From the IMG/VR virus record IMGVR_UViG_3300005611_000001: a stretch of 64,000 nt of DNA. One strand, given 5' to 3'. Under the pieces are notes generated by a model, which was not told the origin of the DNA, did no database searches, and was given only the letters and a program-made list of their open reading frames with translations. This DNA is from a virus. Its lineage: Duplodnaviria; Caudoviricetes. Numbering within the stretch: the first letter of the stretch is position 1; every line of letters begins with the position of its first letter. Position numbers and translations under genes: made by a program. Of the stretch, positions 27,943 to 36,661 are shown one piece after another.

Positions 27943-29144
27943 ACATTGGTATCCTCTTGTGGCGGTCTGCCCCCTAACTCAGGATTGACAGCACTGCCGG
28001 CAATGTTTGCAGGAACACGAAGATCATCGTATCCCTCCATTGGTTCTTTTCCGAGCTTCACTCTTGCCTCGTTCGGCGTGAGAATTCCAGCATTTACAAG
28101 TGTTTGATAGTAAGCCGCTTGGTCACGAAGCTCGGGCTGTAGTGCTGGAATACTTGTTACATCTTCGCGGAGCTGGAATCCGAAGAAACGCTCAAACGCG
28201 TAGTTTATTTTCCGAACGATTGGAAGAATCGTTTCGAGGTAATATAGTCGATGATTCGGGCGAATATTTGCATTATTGCCACCATCCAGGAGGATCGGCG
28301 GAATCCCAAGAGCTTTGAGAATAACTTTTTCATTGTCCTCGATAGAACTCTGAAAGTCTAGATCCTTAAAGTTTACCTCAGTAATCGAATCTACTTCCAG
28401 CCCGCCATCAAGAATCATGGGACGGCGACCACCATTATCAGGACGGTAACGCACATTCCAACTTTGAATCATGCGCTCCTTAATCTTTTCACTAAGAGTA
28501 TTCGGTGTTTTGAGAACGAGTCCAGGAACTGCACCATTTTTAAAGAAGTTATCCTGAAACTTTCTCATCGACACCATTAGCTGCATGGTGCGATAGGCAG
28601 GGCGAAGCCGAGAGACCCCACGATAAATAGAGTAAAAAGAATTTTCCTTAACATGAATAATCTCTTGGGGAGAGTAATCTATGCTGGCATCAAATTCAAA
28701 ACGCTCAATATAAGTACGAGTGTCAGAATAGATTCTCATCTTCTCCGCTGGGAGGTGATAAAGATGAGCCCCGTCGAAATATACAAAAATGTTACCATCA
28801 ATTAGATAGTCAATGACGAGGTTACGCTTAAAAGCACTAATGTCCTGAAACGGATTCGGCTCGACATTGAGAAGTCTGCGAACGGTTTCAGCCCGTACAT
28901 TTTTTACAATCGGAGTAACATTTCTGTTCATTTCGCCGACCGCAGTCGGAATTTCAGCCGTATCGTCTACAATCATATTGACGCCACGGTTTACAACCTC
29001 TAAACTTTCGTATTGCCTACGATAGTTATCCGGAATTTCCCGAGTATCAATCGTAATGCCTTCATCACGAGAAATGACAAACTGGGCAGGATTCAGCTTC
29101 TCTTCGTCTACCTTTTTGTCCTGCCAGAAGTTATACCATGCCAT
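27939..29144 (-). CDS. Portal protein (HK97 family)
   Basis: DYLIDGNIFVY, FFKNGAVPGLVL, ILDGGLE, ALGIPPILL, GILTPNEAR. Confidence 0.95.
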   Translation of the reverse strand: MAWYNFWQDKKVDEEKLNPAQFVISRDEGITIDTREIPDNYRRQYESLEVVNRGVNMIVDDTAEIPTAVGEMNRNVTPIVKNVRAETVRRLLNVEPNPFQDISAFKRNLVIDYLIDGNIFVYFDGAHLYHLPAEKMRIYSDTRTYIERFEFDASIDYSPQEIIHVKENSFYSIYRGVSRLRPAYRTMQLMVSMRKFQDNFFKNGAVPGLVLKTPNTLSEKIKERMIQSWNVRYRPDNGGRRPMILDGGLEVDSITEVNFKDLDFQSSIEDNEKVILKALGIPPILLDGGNNANIRPNHRLYYLETILPIVRKINYAFERFFGFQLREDVTSIPALQPELRDQAAYYQTLVNAGILTPNEARVKLGKEPMEGYDDLRVPANIAGSAVNPELGGRPPQEDTNV

Positions 29145-29505
29145 GTTTTTCTCTTTGTTTGCTTACCCAGCTCATTTGCTTTTTCGCAGTGATCAACTGA
29201 GGGTTTCTACCATAAATGGAGTGCAGCTTCATGTGGTGAGTATGGCACAGAGTAACTGCGTGATCGTAAAGTTCAGCGTGATGCTCAGTAATAAAACGGT
29301 CTCTGAGTTCGTAGGCTTGGTCAACACTTTCTATGTTAAGTTTGTTTGTTTTTAACCAGCGATTTACTAGCTCAGCGACCGAGTAAAAGTGATGAAAGTC
29401 TAAATTTTCGGTAGACCCGCAAATTTCACAGGCGGTGCCCTTTGCATAAGCTGACTTAGCTCCGTCTCTAACCAATTTAGTAAAGTATCTTGGGAGCTGC
29501 ACCAT
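29131..29505 (-). CDS. HNH nicking endonuclease (T5-like, packaging-linked)
   Basis: CEICGSTENLDFHHF...VTLCHTHHMKLHSIYG; directly upstream of the portal as in T5. Confidence 0.8.
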   Translation of the reverse strand: MVQLPRYFTKLVRDGAKSAYAKGTACEICGSTENLDFHHFYSVAELVNRWLKTNKLNIESVDQAYELRDRFITEHHAELYDHAVTLCHTHHMKLHSIYGRNPQLITAKKQMSWVSKQREKHGMV

Positions 29506-30129
29506 TTAAAAGTTTCCGTATTTCCACTACTTAATTTATAGGTGTTATACAATGGTAGTTTCTTAAGAAGAGCTTGTTCTACTATATATGTCTCTTCAAA
29601 ATCTTCAAAATACCAATAACATATGCAATCTATAGTATATTTATTAGATAGATCATATACTCTTCGTTTAACGTTAGAACTAATACCTATTTTATATAGG
29701 TCTAATTCTTCTATCTTTAATAAATACAAGTAATTTTTGCCTGTATCAGAGCACTTTGGGCATCCTGCGAGTTTTCTTATATTGTTAGGTGATACCTTCC
29801 ACTTATAACCGCATTTTTTGTGTCTATGTAGTATTTTTTGGGAAGAAACAGTATAAGGCTCTAAAACTTCGTACTCGCTATATTTTATCTCCTCCCGGTA
29901 TTCTTTTGGAGACCTTCTACGGTCTTTATTCCTTTTCTAGTAACTTAATTTTTAATTTACTTGCTTTAAGAATTATAGCTTTCTTTGTTCTATTAGGAAG
30001 AAGTTTATTACAGAAGTCAGCCCCGTACTTTGGGTATAAACTAAACAAAATATCTGTTTCGACTTCTAACCATCTTTCCATTGTCGAGGTTCCGTTTTTC
30101 TTTTTTAAAATACCTTCTTGTATTGTCAT
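29400..30129 (-). pseudogene. GIY-YIG-like (T5orf172-type) homing endonuclease split by a frameshift
   Basis: The 67-aa N-part ends at TAA 29926. An adjacent frame is open from about 29940: ...HKKCGYKWKVSP...GCPKCS..NYLYLLKI...YKIGIS...EQALLK...GNTETF. Confidence 0.7.
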
Positions 30130-30138
30130 TTCAAAGAA

Positions 30139-30167
30139 ATTGTATCATCGAAGGTAGGTAAAGTCAA
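30139..30167 (-). promoter_or_regulatory. sigma70-type promoter of the homing endonuclease
   Basis: TTGACT-17-TACAAT, 10 nt upstream of the ATG at 30129; hairpin ACAGGTT..AACCTGT at the end of terL. Confidence 0.75.
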
Positions 30168-30189
30168 CAGTTATTTTTGAACAGGTTCA

Positions 30190-31488
30190 TCAGAAACCTG
30201 TTTGACTAGTTTCAAATGAGTAAAGAGCATAACGAAGCGCATCCGCAATGTGCGAGCTTTCATCATGTTTTGGTTTTTCGGTTTGCAGTCCTGGTCGATC
30301 ATCCCAGCGATACTGGTCGATGGATCTAAGGGTTTCTTTACACTCTTGGTGAATGACGAGCCGATCATTGTCAATAATAGAGGAGACATGCCCAATTCCA
30401 TCAATCACGGATTTCTTCGCATTTGTACAGCTAATATCGTAATTCTGAGCAAAGTCGAACTTCGTTTGCTGCGCTGCGGAGTCAATAAAAACAAAGTCTA
30501 CCTGATATTTGTCTAGAATTTCTCGAATATACTGAGCGTGCTGCTCTGTTGTGCGCTCAGCATGGTAATATTCTTCGAGAAGATAAAACTTTTCGGAATC
30601 CCAGTCGTACGCTATAACCACCAAGGCGGTAGGATCACGAAAGCCGACGTCGAGCCCAGCGATAATATCCATTCTCGATGTATCCAACTCAGAAAGGTTT
30701 TGGACGCAATCTTGAAAGTTGAAACTCCAGATTTGACCTTCATAAACATTAAAGTCTGCCATATATTCTTGAGCGAATTCAGCTTCACTCATTGTTCGTC
30801 TCGCCTCGTCAATGTCTGTTTGAGAAATACGAGGATTGTCTAAATAAGTTGCTTTGATTGATACCCATTCGGGGAATTCATCGGAAAAACCACGATAAAA
30901 GAATTCAGAAAACCAATTGTTTCTACCTCGAGGAGTAGAAATAAAGATCGCTTTTGAGTTATCTTTGTCCAGCGTTGGTCTGAGAGCCACATTAAATGCA
31001 TCTCTTCCATTTGCGAGGGCGGCTTCGTCAAAAATAATCAGATCATAGCTTCTACCCACGCTGGAATCGACCTGATTAATGGATCCCATTCTTACGGTCG
31101 AGCCATTTGTAAGCTCAATAACTTTGTCTTTTGCGTTGTCTCGTGCTACTTCTAGGTCAAAGTGCTTAATGAGGTTTCGCTGCAAATCAAAAGAGATCTG
31201 AGACAGCGAGTAGTTTGGAGACATGATAAGAATGTGGCAATTTGGAATCAACGAAATGAGTTGTCCAATGATATTAGCGATATAAGTCTTTCCTTGGCGT
31301 CGAGACAAAGCCGCACACACAAATCTATACTTTGGCGAATTGATTGCATTGATAAGAGCCACCTGAGAGGGAATAGGCTCAATGCCAAGAAGCTCAAGAT
31401 AGCCTTCGATTGGTAGTTTAATGAACCTACGAGGATCCTCGCTTTCCACAATGTGGTCAATAATTACATCTTTTCTGCTGACTTCCAT
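30190..31488 (-). CDS. terL: Terminase large subunit
   Basis: Walker A SRRQGKT, Walker B LIIFDEAA, FISTPRG, nuclease AGLDVGFRDPT, SHIADALRYA. Confidence 0.95.
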   Translation of the reverse strand: MEVSRKDVIIDHIVESEDPRRFIKLPIEGYLELLGIEPIPSQVALINAINSPKYRFVCAALSRRQGKTYIANIIGQLISLIPNCHILIMSPNYSLSQISFDLQRNLIKHFDLEVARDNAKDKVIELTNGSTVRMGSINQVDSSVGRSYDLIIFDEAALANGRDAFNVALRPTLDKDNSKAIFISTPRGRNNWFSEFFYRGFSDEFPEWVSIKATYLDNPRISQTDIDEARRTMSEAEFAQEYMADFNVYEGQIWSFNFQDCVQNLSELDTSRMDIIAGLDVGFRDPTALVVIAYDWDSEKFYLLEEYYHAERTTEQHAQYIREILDKYQVDFVFIDSAAQQTKFDFAQNYDISCTNAKKSVIDGIGHVSSIIDNDRLVIHQECKETLRSIDQYRWDDRPGLQTEKPKHDESSHIADALRYALYSFETSQTGF

Positions 31489-32192
31489 TCTTTAATTTTC
31501 CATTTTCCGTCGTAAATAATTGCTGTCATACTTTCGACCCAATCTCCAGTATTCAAGTAATGAATTCCTTCAATTTCTCGATTGCACGCAGAATGTATAT
31601 GCCCCGCGATGATTCCATCATACCCCTTGCTACGAGCATATTTTGCCATTTCGCCCTCAAAGTTACCAATATAGTTAGCAGCATTTTTTGCTTTACTTTT
31701 AAGGTACCTGCTAAGAGACCAATAATCTAAACCTAGCCATCTACGAATACGCGTAATCCATAAATTTATATAAGTTACAGCGTCATAAGCCTTATCGCCT
31801 AATTTCATAACTAATTGGCCAAACTGAGATCTCATAAGGTAATCAAAAAAGTCCCCATGAATCACAAGATACTTTTTTCCTTCTATTTCTAAATCTGCCC
31901 GATTAACAACTTTAATTTTTCCAACATCACAAGGCGCCCAACTACGAAGAAATTCATCATGATTACCCGTAACGTAAATTACTTCAGTACCTTTTTGAGA
32001 TAAAGTTACTATCTTTTTTAGAAGTTTTGTATGTTTCTGAGGCCAGTACCACTTCTTTTGTAGCCTCCAGCCGTCAATAATATCCCCAACAAGATACAAC
32101 TTTTCTGGTTGAACAGAGCACAAAAACTCATAGCATTGTTCAGCTTTTGCGTGTCGAGAACCTAAATGAATATCAGAAATAAAAACTATCAT
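31464..32192 (-). CDS. plcP: PlcP-like (LpxH2-type) metallophosphoesterase / phospholipase C
   Basis: SDIHLG, LYLVGDIIDGWRL..WYWPQ, GNHDEFLR, HGD.FD, YWSLS.YLK, AGHIH, NTGDWVES. Confidence 0.75.
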   Translation of the reverse strand: MIVFISDIHLGSRHAKAEQCYEFLCSVQPEKLYLVGDIIDGWRLQKKWYWPQKHTKLLKKIVTLSQKGTEVIYVTGNHDEFLRSWAPCDVGKIKVVNRADLEIEGKKYLVIHGDFFDYLMRSQFGQLVMKLGDKAYDAVTYINLWITRIRRWLGLDYWSLSRYLKSKAKNAANYIGNFEGEMAKYARSKGYDGIIAGHIHSACNREIEGIHYLNTGDWVESMTAIIYDGKWKIKEWKSAEKM

Positions 32193-32281
32193 AAGTAACC
32201 TTATAAAATGCTTCTTTCCCTACTCGAGGTTTACTAAGTCCCTGATTTTTTCAAGTATGAATAGGAAAAGAAGCAATACAT

Positions 32282-32587
32282 TTAATCTAATAAAGCGTTT
32301 AGAGGATCTTTTATCCATTTTTCAAAAAACTCCGTTTCCCTTCTGTTTTGTTCCAGCAAGTCATCTTCCAGAAGTTCTTTGCGCTGAGGAGGCATTTGTC
32401 TTAGTTGTATGAACTCAGCACTCGAAAATAGGGGTTTCTTGCCTGGATAAGTTCCACGGACTTCATAATAATAATTCATTGGGTCTGAGCGAGACCCTTC
32501 GGGATCGAGTAGTTCGAGCGACCCCGAGATAGAGCATCCGCCTAGCAACGCAAATCCTAAGAGGTATGCTTTGCTACAGCTTGACAT
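32282..32587 (-). CDS. Putative lipoprotein
   Basis: Hydrophobic N-terminus with lipobox LLGGC. Confidence 0.5.
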   Translation of the reverse strand: MSSCSKAYLLGFALLGGCSISGSLELLDPEGSRSDPMNYYYEVRGTYPGKKPLFSSAEFIQLRQMPPQRKELLEDDLLEQNRRETEFFEKWIKDPLNALLD

Positions 32588-33069
32588 AGTTTAATAAAGT
32601 ATTTATTATCATAATGTTGTTTCATCATATTAATATGTTTATGAACAACTTGAACATTTCCTTCTACATAACCCTTAGAAGAATCAATTCTATCCAAAGA
32701 TACTGTAATATTATTAACAGGAATACCTTCCCAGTCAATTGGCACGCCTGAAAGAGCGCAGCAGCAATTATTCTTTTCCCATAACTCTTGCACATATTCT
32801 GGAGTTATAGAGAACTCTAATCCTCTGGTTTCTGCGCCTACCTTAAACTTATTAAAGTGGGATATTCTAACCTTACCTACAAAACCTCTATGGCAGTTCT
32901 CAGTTTTTCTATTAGAACACTTTTTGCAGGTTTTTCCTAGCCGAAAAGATTCAATGGCATAATTTCTTCTTAGGTAATCTTGCATTTCTCCGCATTCTGG
33001 GCACGGCTTACACCATCTTCCATCTTCTCTTTGAAAAACTTCAGGCGGTAATTCTAGTGCTTTTGGCAT
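32557..33069 (-). mobile_element. HNH-like homing endonuclease with a Zn ribbon
   Basis: WCKPCPEC, CKKCSN, CCCALSG, SLDRIDSSKGYVEGNVQVV...INMMK; own promoter TTGACA-17-TATTAT at 33117-33145. Confidence 0.75.
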
Positions 33070-33189
33070 ATTTAGTCTCCTTTTTTATGCTATTTTGATT
33101 AATTTACCACTTTACCATAATAGCACAATAGACTAAAAATGTCAAAGAATATTTTTGCTTAGTTAGTAATAAAAACCTATACAGCGGGG

Positions 33190-33480
33190 CTACCATTTAA
33201 TTTTGTTGGCCCACCAGGCTGCACTCATTTTGCCCTTTGCGATATTTCTGGCATGCCGAGCTTTGAAAGAGGCGCGCTTCTTTTTCATTGCTTCGCTTTC
33301 GCCTTTCTTAGGCTTGCCTGCTGTTTTTGCGCCTTGCTGACCGAATCGAATGGTTTTTACCTTGCTACCCACCTTTGCAACCACAATGTGAGATTTTTTG
33401 GGATGGCTGGGAGTGCGCTTCGGCTTGTTGTAGCCTTTTACGCCTGCTCGCTTCAATCTGGAGTCTGCTTTACGAGGCAT
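33190..33480 (-). CDS. Small very basic protein
   Basis: 96 aa Lys/Arg-rich; KTIRFGQQG...SFKARHA...SAAWWANK.KW. Confidence 0.7.
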   Translation of the reverse strand: MPRKADSRLKRAGVKGYNKPKRTPSHPKKSHIVVAKVGSKVKTIRFGQQGAKTAGKPKKGESEAMKKKRASFKARHARNIAKGKMSAAWWANKIKW

Positions 33481-33734
33481 TATCTTCTCAATTTTGCTCT
33501 ATTTGTACGTTTGTTGTACTTATAGGCCCTTGCAGGACGTCCAGAGGCTTTTGCAGCCCTTGCTTTTGCTCTCTGGCCTGGAGTCATTGCGTTTCTTCGT
33601 CGTCCTTTTGCAGTAAGTTTAGTACCTTTGAGTAATCCAGCTTTATTTAAAAGGCCATACGCGGCAGTTTTGGGGTTCTTGACCCCCTTTCCGCGCAGCT
33701 GGCGCATAAGGCGAGTTACAATTTTAGCGGGCAC
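33480..33734 (-). CDS. Small very basic protein
   Basis: 84 aa Arg/Lys-rich, stop/start-coupled. Confidence 0.6.
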   Translation of the reverse strand: MPAKIVTRLMRQLRGKGVKNPKTAAYGLLNKAGLLKGTKLTAKGRRRNAMTPGQRAKARAAKASGRPARAYKYNKRTNRAKLRR

Positions 33735-33870
33735 GCTTCTTTCTTTTCATAATTGCTCGCTGAAGAGCCATCGGCAGCTTTTTCTGCTTTGCTGTCAAGC
33801 CCATAGACTTCTTGCCGCCTTTCCGCTTTTTGCCGCCCATCGGCTTTTTGTTACCATAATGTCCTGGCAT
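33724..33870 (-). CDS. Small very basic protein (48 aa, not in track)
   Basis: MPGHYGNKKPMGGKKRKGGKKSMGLTAKQKKLPMALQRAIMKRKKRAR; RBS GGAG upstream. Confidence 0.65.
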   Translation of the reverse strand: MPGHYGNKKPMGGKKRKGGKKSMGLTAKQKKLPMALQRAIMKRKKRAR

Positions 33871-33880
33871 TTACTTTCTC

Positions 33881-34654
33881 CTAAGCTCCGTCGACGAGAA
33901 TAATGTCGAACGCACAAGTAACTTTAAAGTTATTATTTGCTGTAGTAAAGCGAATGTCAATATCCGATTTTTCTGAAATTCTTAAAGGTACGGGAAAGTC
34001 ATAACGATAAGAGTTATCATATAGTTCTGCTATATGAGCGACTCGAAAACCTCCTTCTCCGAAAATTCGAGCCATCATCGTAATTTGCCCGTCGCCGCCC
34101 TTGGAAATGGAAGAGTCTCCGCAAAGAAGATACCCCGTCTTGCCTGCGGGAACTGTATAAACTCCCATAAGACTTTGCCCTCGTCCAGCAGCAATCTGTG
34201 CTACGACGGTTGCTCCGATGCTGGCATTTACAGTTCCTGCTACTCCCCCATTTGAAGTTCCGTACATACGAAAGACTCGAATAAAACTATTTTGAGTAGT
34301 AGCATTCGTGGGGGTACCGTCAGCCGCAGTAAGAACTACAACTTCTCGAAGAGGATTATAGTTTGCATCGAGACCTTCAATTGCTACGCTCTCTCCAGTA
34401 TCGTCATCCGTAGAAGAAATTACATCCAACGCAGTAGCGGTAGCTAAAGTTCCCCAAGGATAAATACCCCCAACCGTCCAAAGAGTCTCCGTTCCTTGAT
34501 CACAGTCAAAATTTGCACCAAACTTATGAATAATACTTGCACCAGGAACGAGCCCTCTTGCAATGTTGAGATAATTCCACTCTACAAAACTATTTCTTGA
34601 CACCTGAATCTCCGTATTCAAACATTTCCAGGTCTTTGGCAAATTTCTCTGCAA
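33881..34654 (-). CDS. Hypothetical (probably virion) protein; true start probably near 34605
   Basis: YLNIARGLVPGASIIHKFGAN..., NSFIRVFRMY, YTVPAGKTGYL. Confidence 0.55.
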   Translation of the reverse strand: MQRNLPKTWKCLNTEIQVSRNSFVEWNYLNIARGLVPGASIIHKFGANFDCDQGTETLWTVGGIYPWGTLATATALDVISSTDDDTGESVAIEGLDANYNPLREVVVLTAADGTPTNATTQNSFIRVFRMYGTSNGGVAGTVNASIGATVVAQIAAGRGQSLMGVYTVPAGKTGYLLCGDSSISKGGDGQITMMARIFGEGGFRVAHIAELYDNSYRYDFPVPLRISEKSDIDIRFTTANNNFKVTCAFDIILVDGA

Positions 34655-35189
34655 CCTTCAAAGCGGTTTGTATGCTATAATACTCTCGCCAAGGGCGATG
34701 AGTAGAAGAGTTAATAAGTTTTAACTTTGGAAGACCAAACCATTTCATCATATTCTCCCAGTCTTGTTCTAGTGTCTCAAACTTAATGAGATAATCCCAG
34801 CAGGGAATATGAAGATGCATTGGCCTAAAATGAATATTGTGTTCCTCAAAAGGGAGTTCACACACTCGATCAATAAATTCATCAAAAGGCATCTTTGCGT
34901 AAAAACCCTTCGTGTCTGTGATACTGCTTTTACCGCCTTCCCAGAGTTTTTGTTTCCAGCAAGACACTAAGCGATCATAAGGATTTCTTACGCAAGCTAC
35001 CTTAAAAAGAGGGCTGAAAGGAATCTCTTCAAGAGGGACTCTTTTCCAGCCTCCATGTAGCTTGTCTGGGTGAGTACTTCCGCCTGCCCACTCACGAATA
35101 GCTGTTTTCATAGCGCTATTCGCAGCTTTCGGCGTAAACATCAAAAGAAACTTATTTTCTGCGACGAGGTTTAAATCCGCCATATTCAA
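34590..35189 (-). CDS. Sulfotransferase (Sulfotransfer_2-like)
   Basis: 5'-PSB-like TPKAANSAMK, 3'-PB-like VRNPYDRLVS, HFRP, DYLIKFETLEQDW. Confidence 0.8.
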   Translation of the reverse strand: MNMADLNLVAENKFLLMFTPKAANSAMKTAIREWAGGSTHPDKLHGGWKRVPLEEIPFSPLFKVACVRNPYDRLVSCWKQKLWEGGKSSITDTKGFYAKMPFDEFIDRVCELPFEEHNIHFRPMHLHIPCWDYLIKFETLEQDWENMMKWFGLPKLKLINSSTHRPWREYYSIQTALKVAEKFAKDLEMFEYGDSGVKK

Positions 35190-35298
35190 TTGCTCTTAGT
35201 AGACGAACCATTTTACCTGCACTGCTTTTAGATTTGGCTGTCGCTATTTTCTTTCCGGTTTTCTTGTAAACGGTCTTACCTCTTACGACGTAGGGCAT
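35152..35298 (-). CDS. Small basic protein (48 aa, not in track)
   Basis: MPYVVRGKTVYKKTGKKIATAKSKSSAGKMVRLLRAIEYGGFKPRRRK. Confidence 0.6.
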   Translation of the reverse strand: MPYVVRGKTVYKKTGKKIATAKSKSSAGKMVRLLRAIEYGGFKPRRRK

Positions 35299-35671
35299 CT
35301 TTTAATTCCAATACTAAAGACCAGAAAAGTTTTCCGATGAGTATGAAACGAGGGTAGACCCCTTTAAAATCATGAAGTTTCATTTCTGGAACTAGAGCTC
35401 GATAAAAGTTATCGATGTATTTACCTTGGACTTCAAGAACCGCGTGACCTCGGCCTTTCTTAGTAGTAACGTACCACATTTTGTAGTACCCGGTCATCCA
35501 ACGCCAAAAGAAAGTTTTCCAGCTTCCAGAGTGCAGATAAGAAATTGTAAGAGCATAGTCCTCACAATCTCCTTGCATATCGGAACCCATTACTTCCCAG
35601 CGATCAATACCTTCGTCTTTTTTATATTTAAACTTAGCGTTTACTGCGTCGATTGCGTCTTGAAGTTCCAA
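35276..35671 (-). CDS. Transglutaminase-like cysteine peptidase (BTLCP/C93, LapG-like)
   Basis: VN..FKY..D, GDCEDYALT, GHAVL, IDN give a C-H-D triad. Confidence 0.75.
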   Translation of the reverse strand: MELQDAIDAVNAKFKYKKDEGIDRWEVMGSDMQGDCEDYALTISYLHSGSWKTFFWRWMTGYYKMWYVTTKKGRGHAVLEVQGKYIDNFYRALVPEMKLHDFKGVYPRFILIGKLFWSLVLELKDALRRKR

Positions 35672-35849
35672 GCCTCACCCTTTCATTTACCAGCGCTTGA
35701 GGAATGCGTTTTCCCTCTTTATATAATTTGGCAATTCTTTTAATTACAGACGCAAGGCGAACTCGTTCTCCGCCCTTTACTCCGCTAAGATACTTCTTCG
35801 GAATTTTACTTTTTGCGTCTTTTGGTACGCGTCTTCTTTTTTGCGGCAC
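35634..35849 (-). CDS. Small basic protein
   Basis: 71 aa; RRVPKD.KSKIPKKYLSG. Confidence 0.55.
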   Translation of the reverse strand: MPQKRRRVPKDAKSKIPKKYLSGVKGGERVRLASVIKRIAKLYKEGKRIPQALVNERVRLGTSRRNRRSKR

Positions 35850-36075
35850 TTTTGTTTCTCGTACGACGAATATCGGTGTCGTGCTTGCGAGAACCTCGCA
35901 AAAACGAATTCACACGAGCATAGGCCCATCTCTGCATTGTCATGCCTGGACGAGACCCACTCGAAAGAAAGGCACCTTGCCCACGACTATATACTTTTAC
36001 AAGATCTCCGGTCGTAAACTTGGTGCCCTTTGCTTTTTGTGCGAGTGTCTTTCGTACAGTCGCGGAAACAGCCAA
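35806..36075 (-). CDS. Small basic protein
   Basis: KVYSRGQGAFLSSGSRPG...WAYARVNSFL...HDTD. Confidence 0.65.
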   Translation of the reverse strand: MAVSATVRKTLAQKAKGTKFTTGDLVKVYSRGQGAFLSSGSRPGMTMQRWAYARVNSFLRGSRKHDTDIRRTRNKSAAKKKTRTKRRKK

Positions 36076-36360
36076 TTAGCCTCTCCGAACCATCCGAGTA
36101 CGACGGCGACGGCGAGCAGGTGCAGCACCGATGCCCCGTACAGAAGTTTTAAAGCTGCCGGTCCGGGGGGTCGCTGCTTTCGTCGTCCGAGTGTTCCGAC
36201 GCACTGCTGTCGAGCCCGTCGAGGCCACTGAGGTCACTTGCGTCCCCGCTGCTCGGTTCATCTCCCGAGAGAGGCCCCGACCCTGCGTGTGCTTCGGTAG
36301 TTTCAGAGAGACGTGCGGACGAGGAACCCCCGTCAGAACTCCGCCTGTTCGTGTTGCCAT
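36076..36360 (-). CDS. Small basic Arg/Thr-rich protein
   Basis: 94 aa; AGGAG RBS; ends RRRRTRMVRRG. Confidence 0.6.
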   Translation of the reverse strand: MATRTGGVLTGVPRPHVSLKLPKHTQGRGLSREMNRAAGTQVTSVASTGSTAVRRNTRTTKAATPRTGSFKTSVRGIGAAPARRRRRTRMVRRG

Positions 36361-36450
36361 TGTATTCTCCTAAAAAGGCTTCAGCCTCTTTCTTTGTAGG
36401 AAATCTATATAGGCGGTCAGTGCGAACGCGCCAGTATCCTCTACGATAAA

Positions 36451-36654
36451 TCATTGTTTCACCAGTATTTCGAGTTGTGCATGAACTCTAGCAACATCGA
36501 CTTGAAGCTGGTTTACTTTTTCAAGCATTACTTCTTGCTTGTTGAGAGCTTCTTCATGAGCCTCTACTTTTTCGGAAAGTGCAGAAGCCCACCAAATTAC
36601 AGCAGCAAACTCAAGAGTAAAGCCCAGAAGTAGGCTAAGACTTAGTTTCTCCAT
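36451..36654 (-). CDS. Small membrane-anchored coiled-coil protein
   Basis: N-terminal TM (..AAVIWWASAL) followed by a coiled coil. Confidence 0.55.
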   Translation of the reverse strand: MEKLSLSLLLGFTLEFAAVIWWASALSEKVEAHEEALNKQEVMLEKVNQLQVDVARVHAQLEILVKQ

Positions 36655-36661
36655 GAAGTAA

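Noticed and set aside
31464-32192. Canonical lipid A LpxH
   Set aside because: The DGWRL..WYWPQ and YWSLS segments fit the PlcP/LpxH2 subfamily better, and no other lpx genes are present; still needs phylogeny.
32193-32281. Pho box upstream of plcP (and of the agt operon at about 54545-54615)
   Set aside because: No CTGTCAT-type direct repeats were seen by eye.
36149-36454. Genuine 101-aa dual-coding overlap
   Set aside because: Only the first about 30 aa look protein-like; the rest is read-through over the RBS-supported basic ORF 36076..36360.
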